Shown here: piece by piece, positions 7,812-16,540 of the stretch
How positions within the stretch are numbered: the stretch's first letter is position 1
Layout of the letters: every line of letters begins with the position of its first letter
DNA from: Candidatus Micrarchaeota archaeon
GTDB lineage: Archaea; Micrarchaeota; Micrarchaeia; Norongarragalinales; UBA8480
Length of the DNA stretch: 51,069 nucleotides
Assembly (NCBI GenBank): GCA_964388435.1
Contig: CAYMAH010000029.1
Location: 1 to 51,069 of the forward strand
Direction: 5' to 3'
Program-made: the position numbers and the translations under genes
The notes under the pieces: model-generated
What the model was told of the DNA's origin: nothing
Database searches by the model: none
What the model saw: the letters and a program-made list of their open reading frames with translations, nothing else

Positions 7812-8208
7812 ATGGAAGAAATCATATCGGTTAAAAACATTTCAAAAAGCTTCCAAACCTTTGAAAACGAGGAAGGTTCGGTCAAAAGTCTTTTCAACAG
7901 AAAGCATTACCTGAAAAAGAGTTCGCGGTATTTTCACACATAATTTTAAGACCGGAAAGTATCTAAACTGGTTTTTCAACATGGTGAGTCACGCTTCTCA
8001 ATATCCCCTGCCTGTTTATGGAATTCTGGGCACTATCCTGCTTACAATTGCAATACCTGTTGGCTTGGCTTCATTCTACCCCGCGCAACCTATTTTTTCA
8101 AGAATAAGCCCATCCCGTTTTCCCGATATCTGAGTGTTTTACTTTCATACTTATTATAATAAAACAAGTTTTTGGCTTTTAAAGTCCTATTCAAGCGGCG
8201 GAGGATAA
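7812..8208 (+). pseudogene. Remnant of an ABC-2 type transporter: ATPase N-terminus fused by deletion to a frameshifted permease C-terminus
   Basis: MEEIISVKNISKSFQTFENEEGSVKSLF is a typical ABC ATPase start, stopping after 43 aa. An overlapping frame reads ...NWFFNMVSHASQYPLPVYGILGTILLTIAIPVGLASFYPAQ (ABC-2/DUF990-like permease tail). A third frame ends FWLLKSYSSGGG-stop, the family-typical C-terminus as I recall it. Confidence 0.6.
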
Positions 8209-8260
8209 AATTCAAACAAAGCGATAGGTTTAAAATTTTACACGAATCTAAATTTAGTCA

Positions 8261-8689
8261 ATGGTGGATACAGGCATTAAGGTAGGAGACTGCATGAAGA
8301 CAAAAGTCATAACAATAAACGCGGATTCAACAGCGGTTGAAGCCGCAAAGAAAATAAAAGAGTTTAATGTTGGCAGCCTGCTTGTGGAAAAAAACGGCGT
8401 TGTACAAGGAATAATAACCGAAAAGGATCTTGTAGTCAAAAGCCTTTCCGCAGGAGACTTGAACATAAAAGTAAATGATTTTATGAGCGCAAACCTCATT
8501 CAAATCGAGGATGATGCTGATTTGAGCGCGGCGGCGAAGATCATGGGCGAAAACAAAATCAAAAGACTTATTGTAACTCATGCGGGCAAGATAGTTGGAA
8601 TTATTTCCCAAAAGGACATAATATCTATTTCTCCTTCTTTATATGATTTGATCTCCCAGAATTGGAAGTCTGGATTCAAAACATTTTAA
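8261..8689 (+). CDS. CBS domain pair protein
   Basis: Two CBS repeats: VGDCMKTKVITINADSTAVEAAKKIKEFNVGSLLV...GIITEKDLV and VNDFMSANLIQIEDDADLSAAAKIMGENKIKRLIV...GIISQKDII. Confidence 0.85.
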   Translation: MVDTGIKVGDCMKTKVITINADSTAVEAAKKIKEFNVGSLLVEKNGVVQGIITEKDLVVKSLSAGDLNIKVNDFMSANLIQIEDDADLSAAAKIMGENKIKRLIVTHAGKIVGIISQKDIISISPSLYDLISQNWKSGFKTF

Positions 8690-8798
8690 AACAAGCATGC
8701 ATGGATGGCGCCCTTGATTAGGTGAAGGGGATTGTCAACAATGCGTGCGTAAAAAACTGTTTTGAGTTCTTTTTTTAAAAAAAAAGGTGAATTAAAAC

Positions 8799-10109
8799 AT
8801 GGGAAAAACTTACATTGACACCGTAAAATATCAAATAAAAGCGGATTTCGAAGTGGATGGAATCGTTGAAAAACCAGACATTGTCGGAGCAATATTCGGC
8901 CAAACCGAAGGCCTTCTAGGAGACGAGCTTGAATTGAGAGAGCTTCAGAAAAACGGAAGAATTGGAAGAATAGAAATAGACGCTCAAATCAGAAACGGAA
9001 AAACCGCTGGGTTAATAATAATTCCCTCAAGCCTGGACATGGTTGAAACAAGCATTTTAGGGGCCAGCGTTGAAGTGGTTGACCGAGTGGGGCCATACGA
9101 AGCCAAGATAACCGTTGAAAAAATAGAAGACTCCAGAAACATGAAAAGAAAACAGGTAATGGACAGGGCTAAAAACCTTCTCAAAACGCTTATTTCAAAC
9201 GAGATTCCCGAAACAAGAGAACTCACTGATTTATTAAGAGATCAGGTTAAGACAGCCGAACTGATTGAATACGGAGAGGAAAAACTCCCTGCAGGGCCCG
9301 AGATAGATTCAAGCGAGAGCATTATTTTTGTTGAGGGAAGAGCCGACGTTTTGAATCTTCTTAAAAACAATATACTTAACGCTATTGCAATAGGCGGTGC
9401 AAACGTTGGAAAGACCATAACAAGGCTTGGAAAGGAAAAAGAAGTCACGGCGTTTCTTGATGGTGATAGAGGCGGGGATTTGATAGTCAAAGAACTGGCC
9501 GCCGTAACCGATATAGATTATGTTGTAAAAGCGCCTGACGGAAAGGAAGTGGAAGAATTAACAAGAAAGGAAATAATACAAACCCTTAGAAAGAAAATAC
9601 CACTTCAGGAGTTTCTAGGCCTCATGACTGAAAAATCTGAAAGGAAAAGATTTCATGATTTTAGAGACGGCAGGGACAACCACGGTTTCAGGGACAGGAA
9701 CGAAAGAAGGTACGAAGAGAGAAGGCCCGAGGAAAAAAGACCCGACGTCATTGAAAAAAGAGTTGAACCCATTCAAAAGCCGGTTCAAATGCCAATCCAA
9801 CCGGTTCAACAGCCGGTTGAAAACCCAGAGGCAAAGCCGGAAATTTTAGCCAAACTCAAAAGCCTTGAAGGCAGTCTCAAGGCAAGAATATTGGATGAAA
9901 AGCTTGAAACAATAAAAGAAGTTCCAATAAGAGAAGTGATGCAGGCTATAACCGAATCTCAAAACGCAAAAGCGGTTATATTGGACGGAATAGTCACGCA
10001 GAGGCTGGTGGATCTTTCAGAGCAGAAAGGATTGAAATATATAGGCGGGGTTAGAAGCGGGACCATAACGAGAAAATCAACCGTTTCAATAATCCTGTCA
10101 TCGGAGTAA
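8799..10109 (+). CDS. dnaG: Archaeal DnaG primase (TOPRIM)
   Basis: N-terminus MGKTYIDTVKYQIKADFEVDGIVEKPDIVGAIFGQTEGLLG is the archaeal DnaG signature. TOPRIM motifs IIFVEGRADV...DGDRGGD. A-run plus GGTGA SD. Confidence 0.9.
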   Translation: MGKTYIDTVKYQIKADFEVDGIVEKPDIVGAIFGQTEGLLGDELELRELQKNGRIGRIEIDAQIRNGKTAGLIIIPSSLDMVETSILGASVEVVDRVGPYEAKITVEKIEDSRNMKRKQVMDRAKNLLKTLISNEIPETRELTDLLRDQVKTAELIEYGEEKLPAGPEIDSSESIIFVEGRADVLNLLKNNILNAIAIGGANVGKTITRLGKEKEVTAFLDGDRGGDLIVKELAAVTDIDYVVKAPDGKEVEELTRKEIIQTLRKKIPLQEFLGLMTEKSERKRFHDFRDGRDNHGFRDRNERRYEERRPEEKRPDVIEKRVEPIQKPVQMPIQPVQQPVENPEAKPEILAKLKSLEGSLKARILDEKLETIKEVPIREVMQAITESQNAKAVILDGIVTQRLVDLSEQKGLKYIGGVRSGTITRKSTVSIILSSE

Positions 10110-10120
10110 AACAAAAGCAG

Positions 10121-10150
10121 AGGCGTTGAAAGACGCCTTTCATTTTTTGC
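10121..10150 (+). terminator. Hairpin plus T-tract after dnaG
   Basis: AGGCGT-tgaaag-ACGCCT stem-loop followed by TTCATTTTTTGCTTTT. Confidence 0.4.
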
Positions 10151-10194
10151 TTTTAACAGCAAAGATTTTAAAACAAAAAGGTAAAAATAAAAGC

Positions 10195-10485
10195 ATGAAA
10201 AAATCAAAAATTGATGAAATGAAAAAAGTGGACGAGTTAGTGCGGGAAACTGGAAGGGAAGACAAAGGCGAGGACGAGGTTATGATCTGCCCTAAATGCG
10301 GAAGCACGAAAATTTCAATAAGGTCAATTGATATTCCCGGGTTTGCTCCGGAAGTATATGTTTGCGGCAACTGCGGGTTCAAAATGGAAAGCCCAATAGA
10401 GGCTGAACCGCTCAAAGTGGTGCAGTCTGAGGAAAAAACCGCGGAAAAAAACGAAAAGAAAAGTTTAAAAAAGAAAAAGAAGTAG
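10195..10485 (+). CDS. Zinc-ribbon protein with lysine-rich tail
   Basis: CPKCGS...x21...CGNCGF four-Cys ribbon. The ATG at 10195 is preferred over the upstream track start. C-terminal KKSLKKKKK. Confidence 0.6.
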   Translation: MKKSKIDEMKKVDELVRETGREDKGEDEVMICPKCGSTKISIRSIDIPGFAPEVYVCGNCGFKMESPIEAEPLKVVQSEEKTAEKNEKKSLKKKKK

Positions 10486-10520
10486 ATTTTAGCATTAATT
10501 TTTAAAAGAGGGATGATAAA

Positions 10521-10778
10521 ATGGTAAAGTTTGCAATTGCAAAGCAATTGGCTGGGAAGAGAATCATAACAACGGATGGGGAGGAACTTGGAAGGGTGGT
10601 CGACTTGTATGTTAACGAGTTGACTGGAAAATTGGAAAGCGTTCTTATTGAACCCAACCCCGATTCAAGCATAGCTTCAAAAGCAAGTGGAGGGCTGGTG
10701 ACAATTTCATACGGCTCTGTTCTGGACGTTAAAGACGTCATGGTCGTGGACAAGAGAGGAATAACCGCGGCAGCCTGA
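10521..10778 (+). CDS. PRC-barrel domain protein
   Basis: LAGKRIITTDGEELGRVVDLYVNELTGKLESVLIEP is a typical PRC-barrel pattern. Confidence 0.75.
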   Translation: MVKFAIAKQLAGKRIITTDGEELGRVVDLYVNELTGKLESVLIEPNPDSSIASKASGGLVTISYGSVLDVKDVMVVDKRGITAAA

Positions 10779-10782
10779 AAAT

Positions 10783-11748
10783 CTAAACTTCAACAGTCAC
10801 GTATCTTCCCTTAGTAACATCTTTTACTGTTTTATTTTTAACCGCGTCTTCGGGGTTTTCTAGAATGGATTCTATGCCCGCATAGTTTTTGTAAACCGCT
10901 TCGCCTTTCTCTCTATTCTCTTTTGCCTTTAACTTAAAATCTTCAAGCGCTTTTTTTTGCTGTTCAAGCTTGAACTTCAATTTTGATAATTTTTCGTTTA
11001 TTTTAACCTGGTTTGAATAATACTCGTCAAGAGCCTCGTTAAGAGTTGGAAAAGTCTTAAAATCCAACTTAAGTTTTTCAAGAGGTATTGAAGAGAAAAA
11101 CTTGGGAACCTTGTTTTCATAATAAACCCTTGGCTCTTTAATGCTTAAAAGCCCGTTCAACGATTCAATAAGCCTTTTCTTATCGGCGTCTTCTATCTTT
11201 CCGCTTATCCCCGCCCTAGCGCACGCCTCTTCGATGTAAAAAACCGAGAGATTTACAATCTTTGAAACCGCGGGGATAATCTCTCCCGTGACTGACTCAA
11301 AATCAGATTCTTTCAACTCAAAAGGATGTTTTTTAGCTTTAAGAGGAGTATAATCGTTGTTTTTGCTTATTCTTTCAGACTCTTTCAAAAAAGCTTTTAT
11401 TTTTCCATTATCGAGCAGAATGATGTTTCCAGTGGCGAATTCAAAAATCAAAACAGAATTTGTAAACGTTAAACGGCAAACCCTGTCGAAATTCAACTGC
11501 TCTATTTCAATAAGCTTTTGATTTGAAAGCTCGTCTCTCAAAACCTTGACAAAACCCCTCGGTTCTTCGACTTCAAACTCGTAATCTGAAAGGTATATTT
11601 TGTTTTTAGCTTCCACTATCAAATTTTTACCTCTAAACTTGAACTTGAAAATCCCGTTATTGCAATAAACATTGCCCAGAAATGTATTTTCAAGCACTTT
11701 CAACTCCGGGATTAAAAAGAACAAATCCAGGTTGCCAATCTGCTGCAT
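10783..11748 (-). CDS. NFACT-N (FbpA/RqcH-like) protein, short form lacking NFACT-R
   Basis: N-terminal LKVLENTFLGNVY...FVKVLRDELSNQKLIEIEQLNFDRVCRLTF...NIILLD matches the NFACT-N pattern. Coiled-coil tail. Only 321 aa. Confidence 0.65.
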   Translation of the reverse strand: MQQIGNLDLFFLIPELKVLENTFLGNVYCNNGIFKFKFRGKNLIVEAKNKIYLSDYEFEVEEPRGFVKVLRDELSNQKLIEIEQLNFDRVCRLTFTNSVLIFEFATGNIILLDNGKIKAFLKESERISKNNDYTPLKAKKHPFELKESDFESVTGEIIPAVSKIVNLSVFYIEEACARAGISGKIEDADKKRLIESLNGLLSIKEPRVYYENKVPKFFSSIPLEKLKLDFKTFPTLNEALDEYYSNQVKINEKLSKLKFKLEQQKKALEDFKLKAKENREKGEAVYKNYAGIESILENPEDAVKNKTVKDVTKGRYVTVEV

Positions 11749-11781
11749 TTCAAGTTAATAAGCTGGTTGATATATAAAAGT

Positions 11782-11982
11782 CTATCTCATGGCAAGCTTA
11801 ACATCATCGGCGGTTACGGTTTTCCTCCCCGCGTGCTTTGCAAGATCTATAGCCTTCTGAGATATTTTAAGCGCCTCGTCCTCAAGAACATCAGCAAGGG
11901 CGTTAGCCGCTTCAGCGCTCACCCTTTCAGCTCCCGCCTTTCTTATAAGCCTTTCAACTGTAGCGATTGGAATGTCGGTCAT
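11782..11982 (-). CDS. Archaeal histone (HMf family)
   Basis: MTDIPIATVERLIRKAGAERVSAEAANALADVLEDEALKISQKAIDLAKHAGRKTVTADDVKLAM is a full histone fold of 66 aa. Confidence 0.93.
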   Translation of the reverse strand: MTDIPIATVERLIRKAGAERVSAEAANALADVLEDEALKISQKAIDLAKHAGRKTVTADDVKLAMR

Positions 11983-12101
11983 GTCATTAAATTGGATAAA
12001 TAAAAATAAATACTTTTTCTTTGAGTTTTCTTTTGAAGTTTACCCAAAAATAGAAAATCGTGCGTTAAATTAATATCCTTTGACGGTAAATTTAAATTCA
12101 A

Positions 12102-13691
12102 ATGGAAAAAGAGCAGATTGAAAGCTTTGTGAAAAGCCTAAACCTGAAAAAGGAGATAGAAGTCAGAAGTTACCAGGTTGAAACCGCCGTAAGCGTTTTA
12201 GTCAAGGGCAATTCTCTCGTGGTAATGCCCACCGCTCTGGGCAAAAGTTACATCGCACTGCTTATAACCGCTGAAAAAGCAAGGCAGGGCGGAAGGGTTT
12301 TGTTCCTAGCCCCCACAAAACCCCTTGTAAACCAACACTTCAAGCTTATTTCAGAAACGCTTCCATATGAATCGACGGTTATAACCGGAGAGAACGTAGC
12401 AAAAAACAGGGTTTATGAAGCTCAGATAATCTGCGCCACCCCCCAGGTGATTAAAAACGACATTAAAAGCAAGAAACTAAACATTGAATCTTTTTCAGTT
12501 ATAATATTCGACGAGGTTCACCGAGCCATAGGAGACTACGCTTATAGTTTAATAGCAGAAGAGTCGAAGAAAACAAAAGCGCTTCTGGTTGGCTTTACCG
12601 CTTCACCATCGTCTGAGAGAAAGAAAATAGAAGAAATCTGCGGCAAGCTGGGCATAGAAAACATTGAAATAAGGAATGATCAGGACGAGGAGGTGAAAGA
12701 ATACATAAATGAAATTGAAACTGAATGGGAGTTCATAGAACTGCCAGACTGGCTTAAACAATTAACCAGGGAACTGCAGCAGATTCTTTCAAAAACATGC
12801 GAGCCTCTTGGAATAAAAAACCCCTCAAAAAGACAACTTTTAGAAATAAGAATCGCAACATTGGCCCACCTTCACCACAACCCTTCGGGGTTCAAAACCC
12901 TGAGCATCATAGCAAGGGCCATAAACCTGCTACATATCACCGAGCTTCTCGAAACCCAGGGGTTGAAAACCACGCTTGATTTTTTCAATGGAATGAGCGA
13001 AAAGGAAAGCAAGGCGGTTAAAAATCTTTTGAGAGACGATGATTTTAATAAAGTGATGGAGAAAGTAAGTCTTTTAATTAAAGAAAAAAAAGAACATCCT
13101 AAATTTGAAAAGCTTTTAAAAATAGTCAAAGAAGAGATTTCACAAAATCATTCGCTGATAATTTTCGCCCAGTATAGAAGCACCGTAAGAGAAATTGTTG
13201 AAATGCTTGAAGCGAATGGAATCAAAGCAAGGCAGCTGATAGGCAGAAGCAATTCGGGAATGAAGCAGAAAGAACAAGTTGAATTGATAGAAGAGTTTAA
13301 AAATAACTCTTTCAGCGTTTTAGTCTGCACGAGTATAGGAGAGGAGGGGCTTTCAATAGCCGGCGTTGACATGGTCGTTTTCTTCGAAGCGGTTCCGTCG
13401 GAGATACGATTGATTCAGAGAAGGGGCAGAACTGGACGAGTAAGAGCTGGGAGAATGATGGCCCTTGTTTCCAAAAACACCAGGGATGAAGCCTATTTCT
13501 GGGCTTCAAGAAACAAGGAAAAGAAAATGCAGAGGCTACTTTTAAAAATGAAGAGAAAAACAGACAGAAAACCAGAAGAGGAAAGAGCATTAAAAGCAGA
13601 GGCTCAAAAATCAAATGCCGTAAAAGAAAAAACCAAGGAAAAAACCAAGGAAAAAGGAAGGAAAAAGGTGAGCCTGGCAGATTGGACATAA
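12102..13691 (+). CDS. hef: Hef-type SF2 helicase (FANCM/ERCC4-associated helicase module)
   Basis: RSYQVE, Walker A MPTALGKS, FDEVHRA (DEAH-like), FTASP, QRRGRTGR. Lys-rich C-terminal tail. Followed by the ERCC4 nuclease ORF. Confidence 0.8.
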   Translation: MEKEQIESFVKSLNLKKEIEVRSYQVETAVSVLVKGNSLVVMPTALGKSYIALLITAEKARQGGRVLFLAPTKPLVNQHFKLISETLPYESTVITGENVAKNRVYEAQIICATPQVIKNDIKSKKLNIESFSVIIFDEVHRAIGDYAYSLIAEESKKTKALLVGFTASPSSERKKIEEICGKLGIENIEIRNDQDEEVKEYINEIETEWEFIELPDWLKQLTRELQQILSKTCEPLGIKNPSKRQLLEIRIATLAHLHHNPSGFKTLSIIARAINLLHITELLETQGLKTTLDFFNGMSEKESKAVKNLLRDDDFNKVMEKVSLLIKEKKEHPKFEKLLKIVKEEISQNHSLIIFAQYRSTVREIVEMLEANGIKARQLIGRSNSGMKQKEQVELIEEFKNNSFSVLVCTSIGEEGLSIAGVDMVVFFEAVPSEIRLIQRRGRTGRVRAGRMMALVSKNTRDEAYFWASRNKEKKMQRLLLKMKRKTDRKPEEERALKAEAQKSNAVKEKTKEKTKEKGRKKVSLADWT

Positions 13692-14296
13692 TCTATGATG
13701 ACCGTGAAAAAACCGAGGCAATCGAACTTCTAAAACAGAAATTCAAAATGGAAAGGCAAAGGCTTGACGTCGCCGACTTCATAATCTCAACCAATATAGG
13801 AATCGAGAGAAAAAGAGCGCGCGATTTCGAGCAGAGCATAATCGACGGGAGGCTTTTCAGCCAGGCTGAAAGACTCAAAAAAGAATTTGAAAAACCATTA
13901 ATAGTCATAATAGGAAACGATTTCGAGAGAATAAAGCCGAAAGCCCTGTCAGGAGCTTTCATATCGCTCATAGTTGATCACAGCGTCCCAATAGTATTTT
14001 TAAACAACGAGGAGGAGTTCGCGGAGTTCATTTCAAGAATAGTCGAAAGGGAAGGTAGGCCTGCAAGAGAGAGGAAAACAAACTTTTCCAGAAAGAACGG
14101 GGATTTGAAGCTCCAACAACTTAACGTGGTTGAAGCGCTTCCAGGAGTAGGGCCGGTACTTGCCAAAAACCTGCTTCAAAAATTCAAGACGATAAAAAGC
14201 CTTTTCAACGCCGATGAAAAGCAGCTGAAAGAAGTTAAAGGGGTGGGCAAAACCAAAGCAAAAAAAATAAAAGACTTGATTTTGAAAGAAGATTAA
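13682..14296 (+). CDS. ERCC4/XPF-type nuclease with C-terminal (HhH)2 (Hef nuclease module)
   Basis: IIYDDREK...VADFIIS...GIERKRARDFEQSIIDGRLFSQ carries the GDx(n)ERK nuclease motif. ALPGVGPVLAKNLL...VKGVGKTKAKKI are HhH motifs. TTG start, and the frame is open upstream to 13490. Confidence 0.8.
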   Translation: MDIIYDDREKTEAIELLKQKFKMERQRLDVADFIISTNIGIERKRARDFEQSIIDGRLFSQAERLKKEFEKPLIVIIGNDFERIKPKALSGAFISLIVDHSVPIVFLNNEEEFAEFISRIVEREGRPARERKTNFSRKNGDLKLQQLNVVEALPGVGPVLAKNLLQKFKTIKSLFNADEKQLKEVKGVGKTKAKKIKDLILKED

Positions 14297-14742
14297 TGAA
14301 AATATTCATTGCAACAGACCACGCGGGCTTTTACCTAAAGGAGAAAATAAAGGAAAAACTCTCCAAAAACAATAACGTTGTAGATTGCGGCGCTTTTGTT
14401 TTTGACGGCGGCGATGACTACCCCGACTTTATCAAAAAAGTAGGTGAATCTGTTTCCAAAGGAAAAGGCAGGGGCATTGTCATTGGAGGAACCGGCATTG
14501 GCGAGTGCATCGTTGTCAATAAATTCAAAAACGTTAGGGGAGCTCTAATATACAGCGATTACACCGCGAGAAAGTCAAGAGAGCACAACGATTCGAATGT
14601 AATCTGCATTGGAGCAAGGACGATTTCTGAAAAAAAAGCTCTCAAACTTATCGAAGTTTGGCTTTCAACCCGCTTCAAAAAAGGAAGACATTCAAGAAGG
14701 CTTAAAAAACTTGAAGAGATTGAAAGGAAGAATTTCAAGTAA
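14296..14742 (+). CDS. rpiB: Ribose-5-phosphate isomerase B (RpiB/LacAB family)
   Basis: MKIFIATDHAGFYLKEKI...GIVIGGTGIGECIVVNKFKNVRGAL...REHNDSNVICIGAR. Confidence 0.88.
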   Translation: MKIFIATDHAGFYLKEKIKEKLSKNNNVVDCGAFVFDGGDDYPDFIKKVGESVSKGKGRGIVIGGTGIGECIVVNKFKNVRGALIYSDYTARKSREHNDSNVICIGARTISEKKALKLIEVWLSTRFKKGRHSRRLKKLEEIERKNFK

Positions 14743-14800
14743 ATCATAATTGTTGCTTTTAGGAAAAAGAATTTAAAAGGGTTGAATTTTCAATTTTTTT

Positions 14801-15343
14801 CTAGACTATGAAAACTGCCGATGTAACCACCGTTGTCCAAAGGCCGTTCTTGTCGCATATTGCCGATTGGCTTATGTTCATTGTCTTTACTATCTTTTCA
14901 CTCATTTTGAATAGGTGCTCCTTTTCGTTCCAGGCGCTGTTCACGTCAAACTCTATTCCAAGCGTTGAGGCAAGCATCGAGGCCGCAAGATCTTCGGCGT
15001 AGTCTCCAGCCTTTTCGTCCGTCTCGCCGAAAGAGTGGTGTTCACTTAGATAACCATGCTGGCTTGAATCTGACGGTATTGCCACTCCAACGCTCGCCGC
15101 TATAAGACGGTTTGGCTCGTTTGAAGCGTTTCTGCTTATGACAACAAATACAACGCTTCCTGATTGAAGTTGTTGAAGACCATCCGTCTTGCTTATCTGC
15201 TTACAGTTTGGGGGCAGGATGCTTGAGACTGAGACAATGTTGAATCTTTCAATTCCGGCGTCTCTTAAAGCCAGTTCAAAGCTCGCCAGTTGGTCCTTGT
15301 GTTTTCCAACTCCCTTTGTCAAAAAAAAGCTTTTTGGAATCAT
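14801..15343 (-). CDS. pdaD: Pyruvoyl-dependent arginine decarboxylase
   Basis: IPKSFFLTKGVGKHKDQLASFELALRDAGIERFNIVSVSSILPP includes the VSS self-cleavage region. Confidence 0.88.
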   Translation of the reverse strand: MIPKSFFLTKGVGKHKDQLASFELALRDAGIERFNIVSVSSILPPNCKQISKTDGLQQLQSGSVVFVVISRNASNEPNRLIAASVGVAIPSDSSQHGYLSEHHSFGETDEKAGDYAEDLAASMLASTLGIEFDVNSAWNEKEHLFKMSEKIVKTMNISQSAICDKNGLWTTVVTSAVFIV

Positions 15344-15400
15344 TTAAAATCATTTTTTAAAAAATAGTGTAAAAAATGAAGTATAAAATTAAAAATGTTT

Positions 15401-15883
15401 TTATTGATTTTCAGTTTTTTCTTCGTTCAAATCCATTTGAAACGTTTCGTAGAATTTTTTCGTAGGCCTTAAAAACCTCGTCAAACCGTTTTTCTCAGAA
15501 CTTATATACTCTTTTTCCCTTAATTCTTTAACAGGGGTGTAAATCTCCCCCCGAAAATAATTTTTAAGCTCGCTCTGCTTGATTCCCTTCTTTTTTGCTA
15601 TCAACCCTAAAATTTTAATGGCTTTTTTTGAAAGCTCTGAATTTTCAGATATCTTCGAAACAAGTTTCACATAATCGCTTTTAATCTGCATTGAAACGCT
15701 CTTCTCGCCGACTATTATCTCCAACGCGGTTTCCCTGGAAGCGTAATCCCTTTTAAGCTCTTCCACCAACCCCTTTACTCTTTTCACTTCAATGTTCGTT
15801 ATCCTGCTAAGCTCTTCAAGCTCGACGCTTTTGTTTTCAAAGAAAACAACCGCTTCAATCATGCTTTTTTCTTCCATATCCAC
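15401..15883 (-). CDS. scpB: Segregation and condensation protein B-like (ScpB)
   Basis: IEAVVFFENKSVELEELSRITNIE...VKGLVEELKRDYASRETALEIIVGEKSVSMQIK is a tandem winged-helix pattern. Confidence 0.7.
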   Translation of the reverse strand: MDMEEKSMIEAVVFFENKSVELEELSRITNIEVKRVKGLVEELKRDYASRETALEIIVGEKSVSMQIKSDYVKLVSKISENSELSKKAIKILGLIAKKKGIKQSELKNYFRGEIYTPVKELREKEYISSEKNGLTRFLRPTKKFYETFQMDLNEEKTENQ

Positions 15884-15957
15884 CTTTAATTTTCAAACAA
15901 GAGGTTTAAAAGTTTTTTGAGAGCTAATTTAATTGAAAAAAAAAGGTGATTCTATTT

Positions 15958-16536
15958 TTGGATTTTTTAATTTCACAAGATAAGTATTTGGAAGCAGGTG
16001 TGCACATCGGCACGAAAACAAAAACCGGTAAAATGAGAAACTACATCTACAAGGCAAGGGAAGACGGTCTTCATGTTCTTGACTTGAAGAAAACAAACGA
16101 GAGAATAAAAAACGCGATAACAATGCTTTCAAGATACAACCCGGCAAACGTCTACATAGTGGGTGGCAAGGACAACGCGAAAACTCCGTTACTTAAAATG
16201 TGCGAGTTGACTGGCTTTAAGCCAATAGTTGAAAGGTTCACTCCAGGAAGGTTCACAAACCCTTCAAGAGAGGACTTCAACGAACCGGCGATTGTATTCA
16301 TAGTCGATCCAGCCGTGGACAAGCAAGCGCTTAAAGAGGCTTTCGAGTCAGACGTTCCGACAATAGCGTTATGCGATACGAACAATGAAATAAAATACGT
16401 TGATCTTGTAATACCAACCAACAACAAGGGAAAGAAAGCGCTTTCGCTTATATTATGGATAATTGGAAAAGAAATCTGCAAGCTTCAGGGAAAGAAAGAA
16501 GAAGACTTTCCGGAATTAAAAGATTTTATGGGTTAA
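15958..16536 (+). CDS. rps2: 30S ribosomal protein S2 (uS2)
   Basis: DFLISQDKYLEAGVHIGTKTKTGKMRNYIY...DGLHVLDLKKT. TTG start 7 nt after GGTGAT. The track start GTG at 15946 lies inside the SD itself. Confidence 0.88.
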   Translation: MDFLISQDKYLEAGVHIGTKTKTGKMRNYIYKAREDGLHVLDLKKTNERIKNAITMLSRYNPANVYIVGGKDNAKTPLLKMCELTGFKPIVERFTPGRFTNPSREDFNEPAIVFIVDPAVDKQALKEAFESDVPTIALCDTNNEIKYVDLVIPTNNKGKKALSLILWIIGKEICKLQGKKEEDFPELKDFMG

Positions 16537-16540
16537 TTTT

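Noticed and set aside
13620-13675. Canonical -1 frameshift heptamer in the Hef overlap
   Set aside because: A-runs are present, but in the helicase zero frame (GAA AAA ACC, AGG AAA AAG) none forms a proper X-XXY-YYZ slippery site. I therefore do not claim programmed frameshifting and only flag the dual-frame overlap.
13312-13689. 125-aa minus-strand ORF over the Hef helicase C-terminus
   Set aside because: Mirror-frame artefact of the Lys-rich linker (Phe/Leu/Pro-rich translation).
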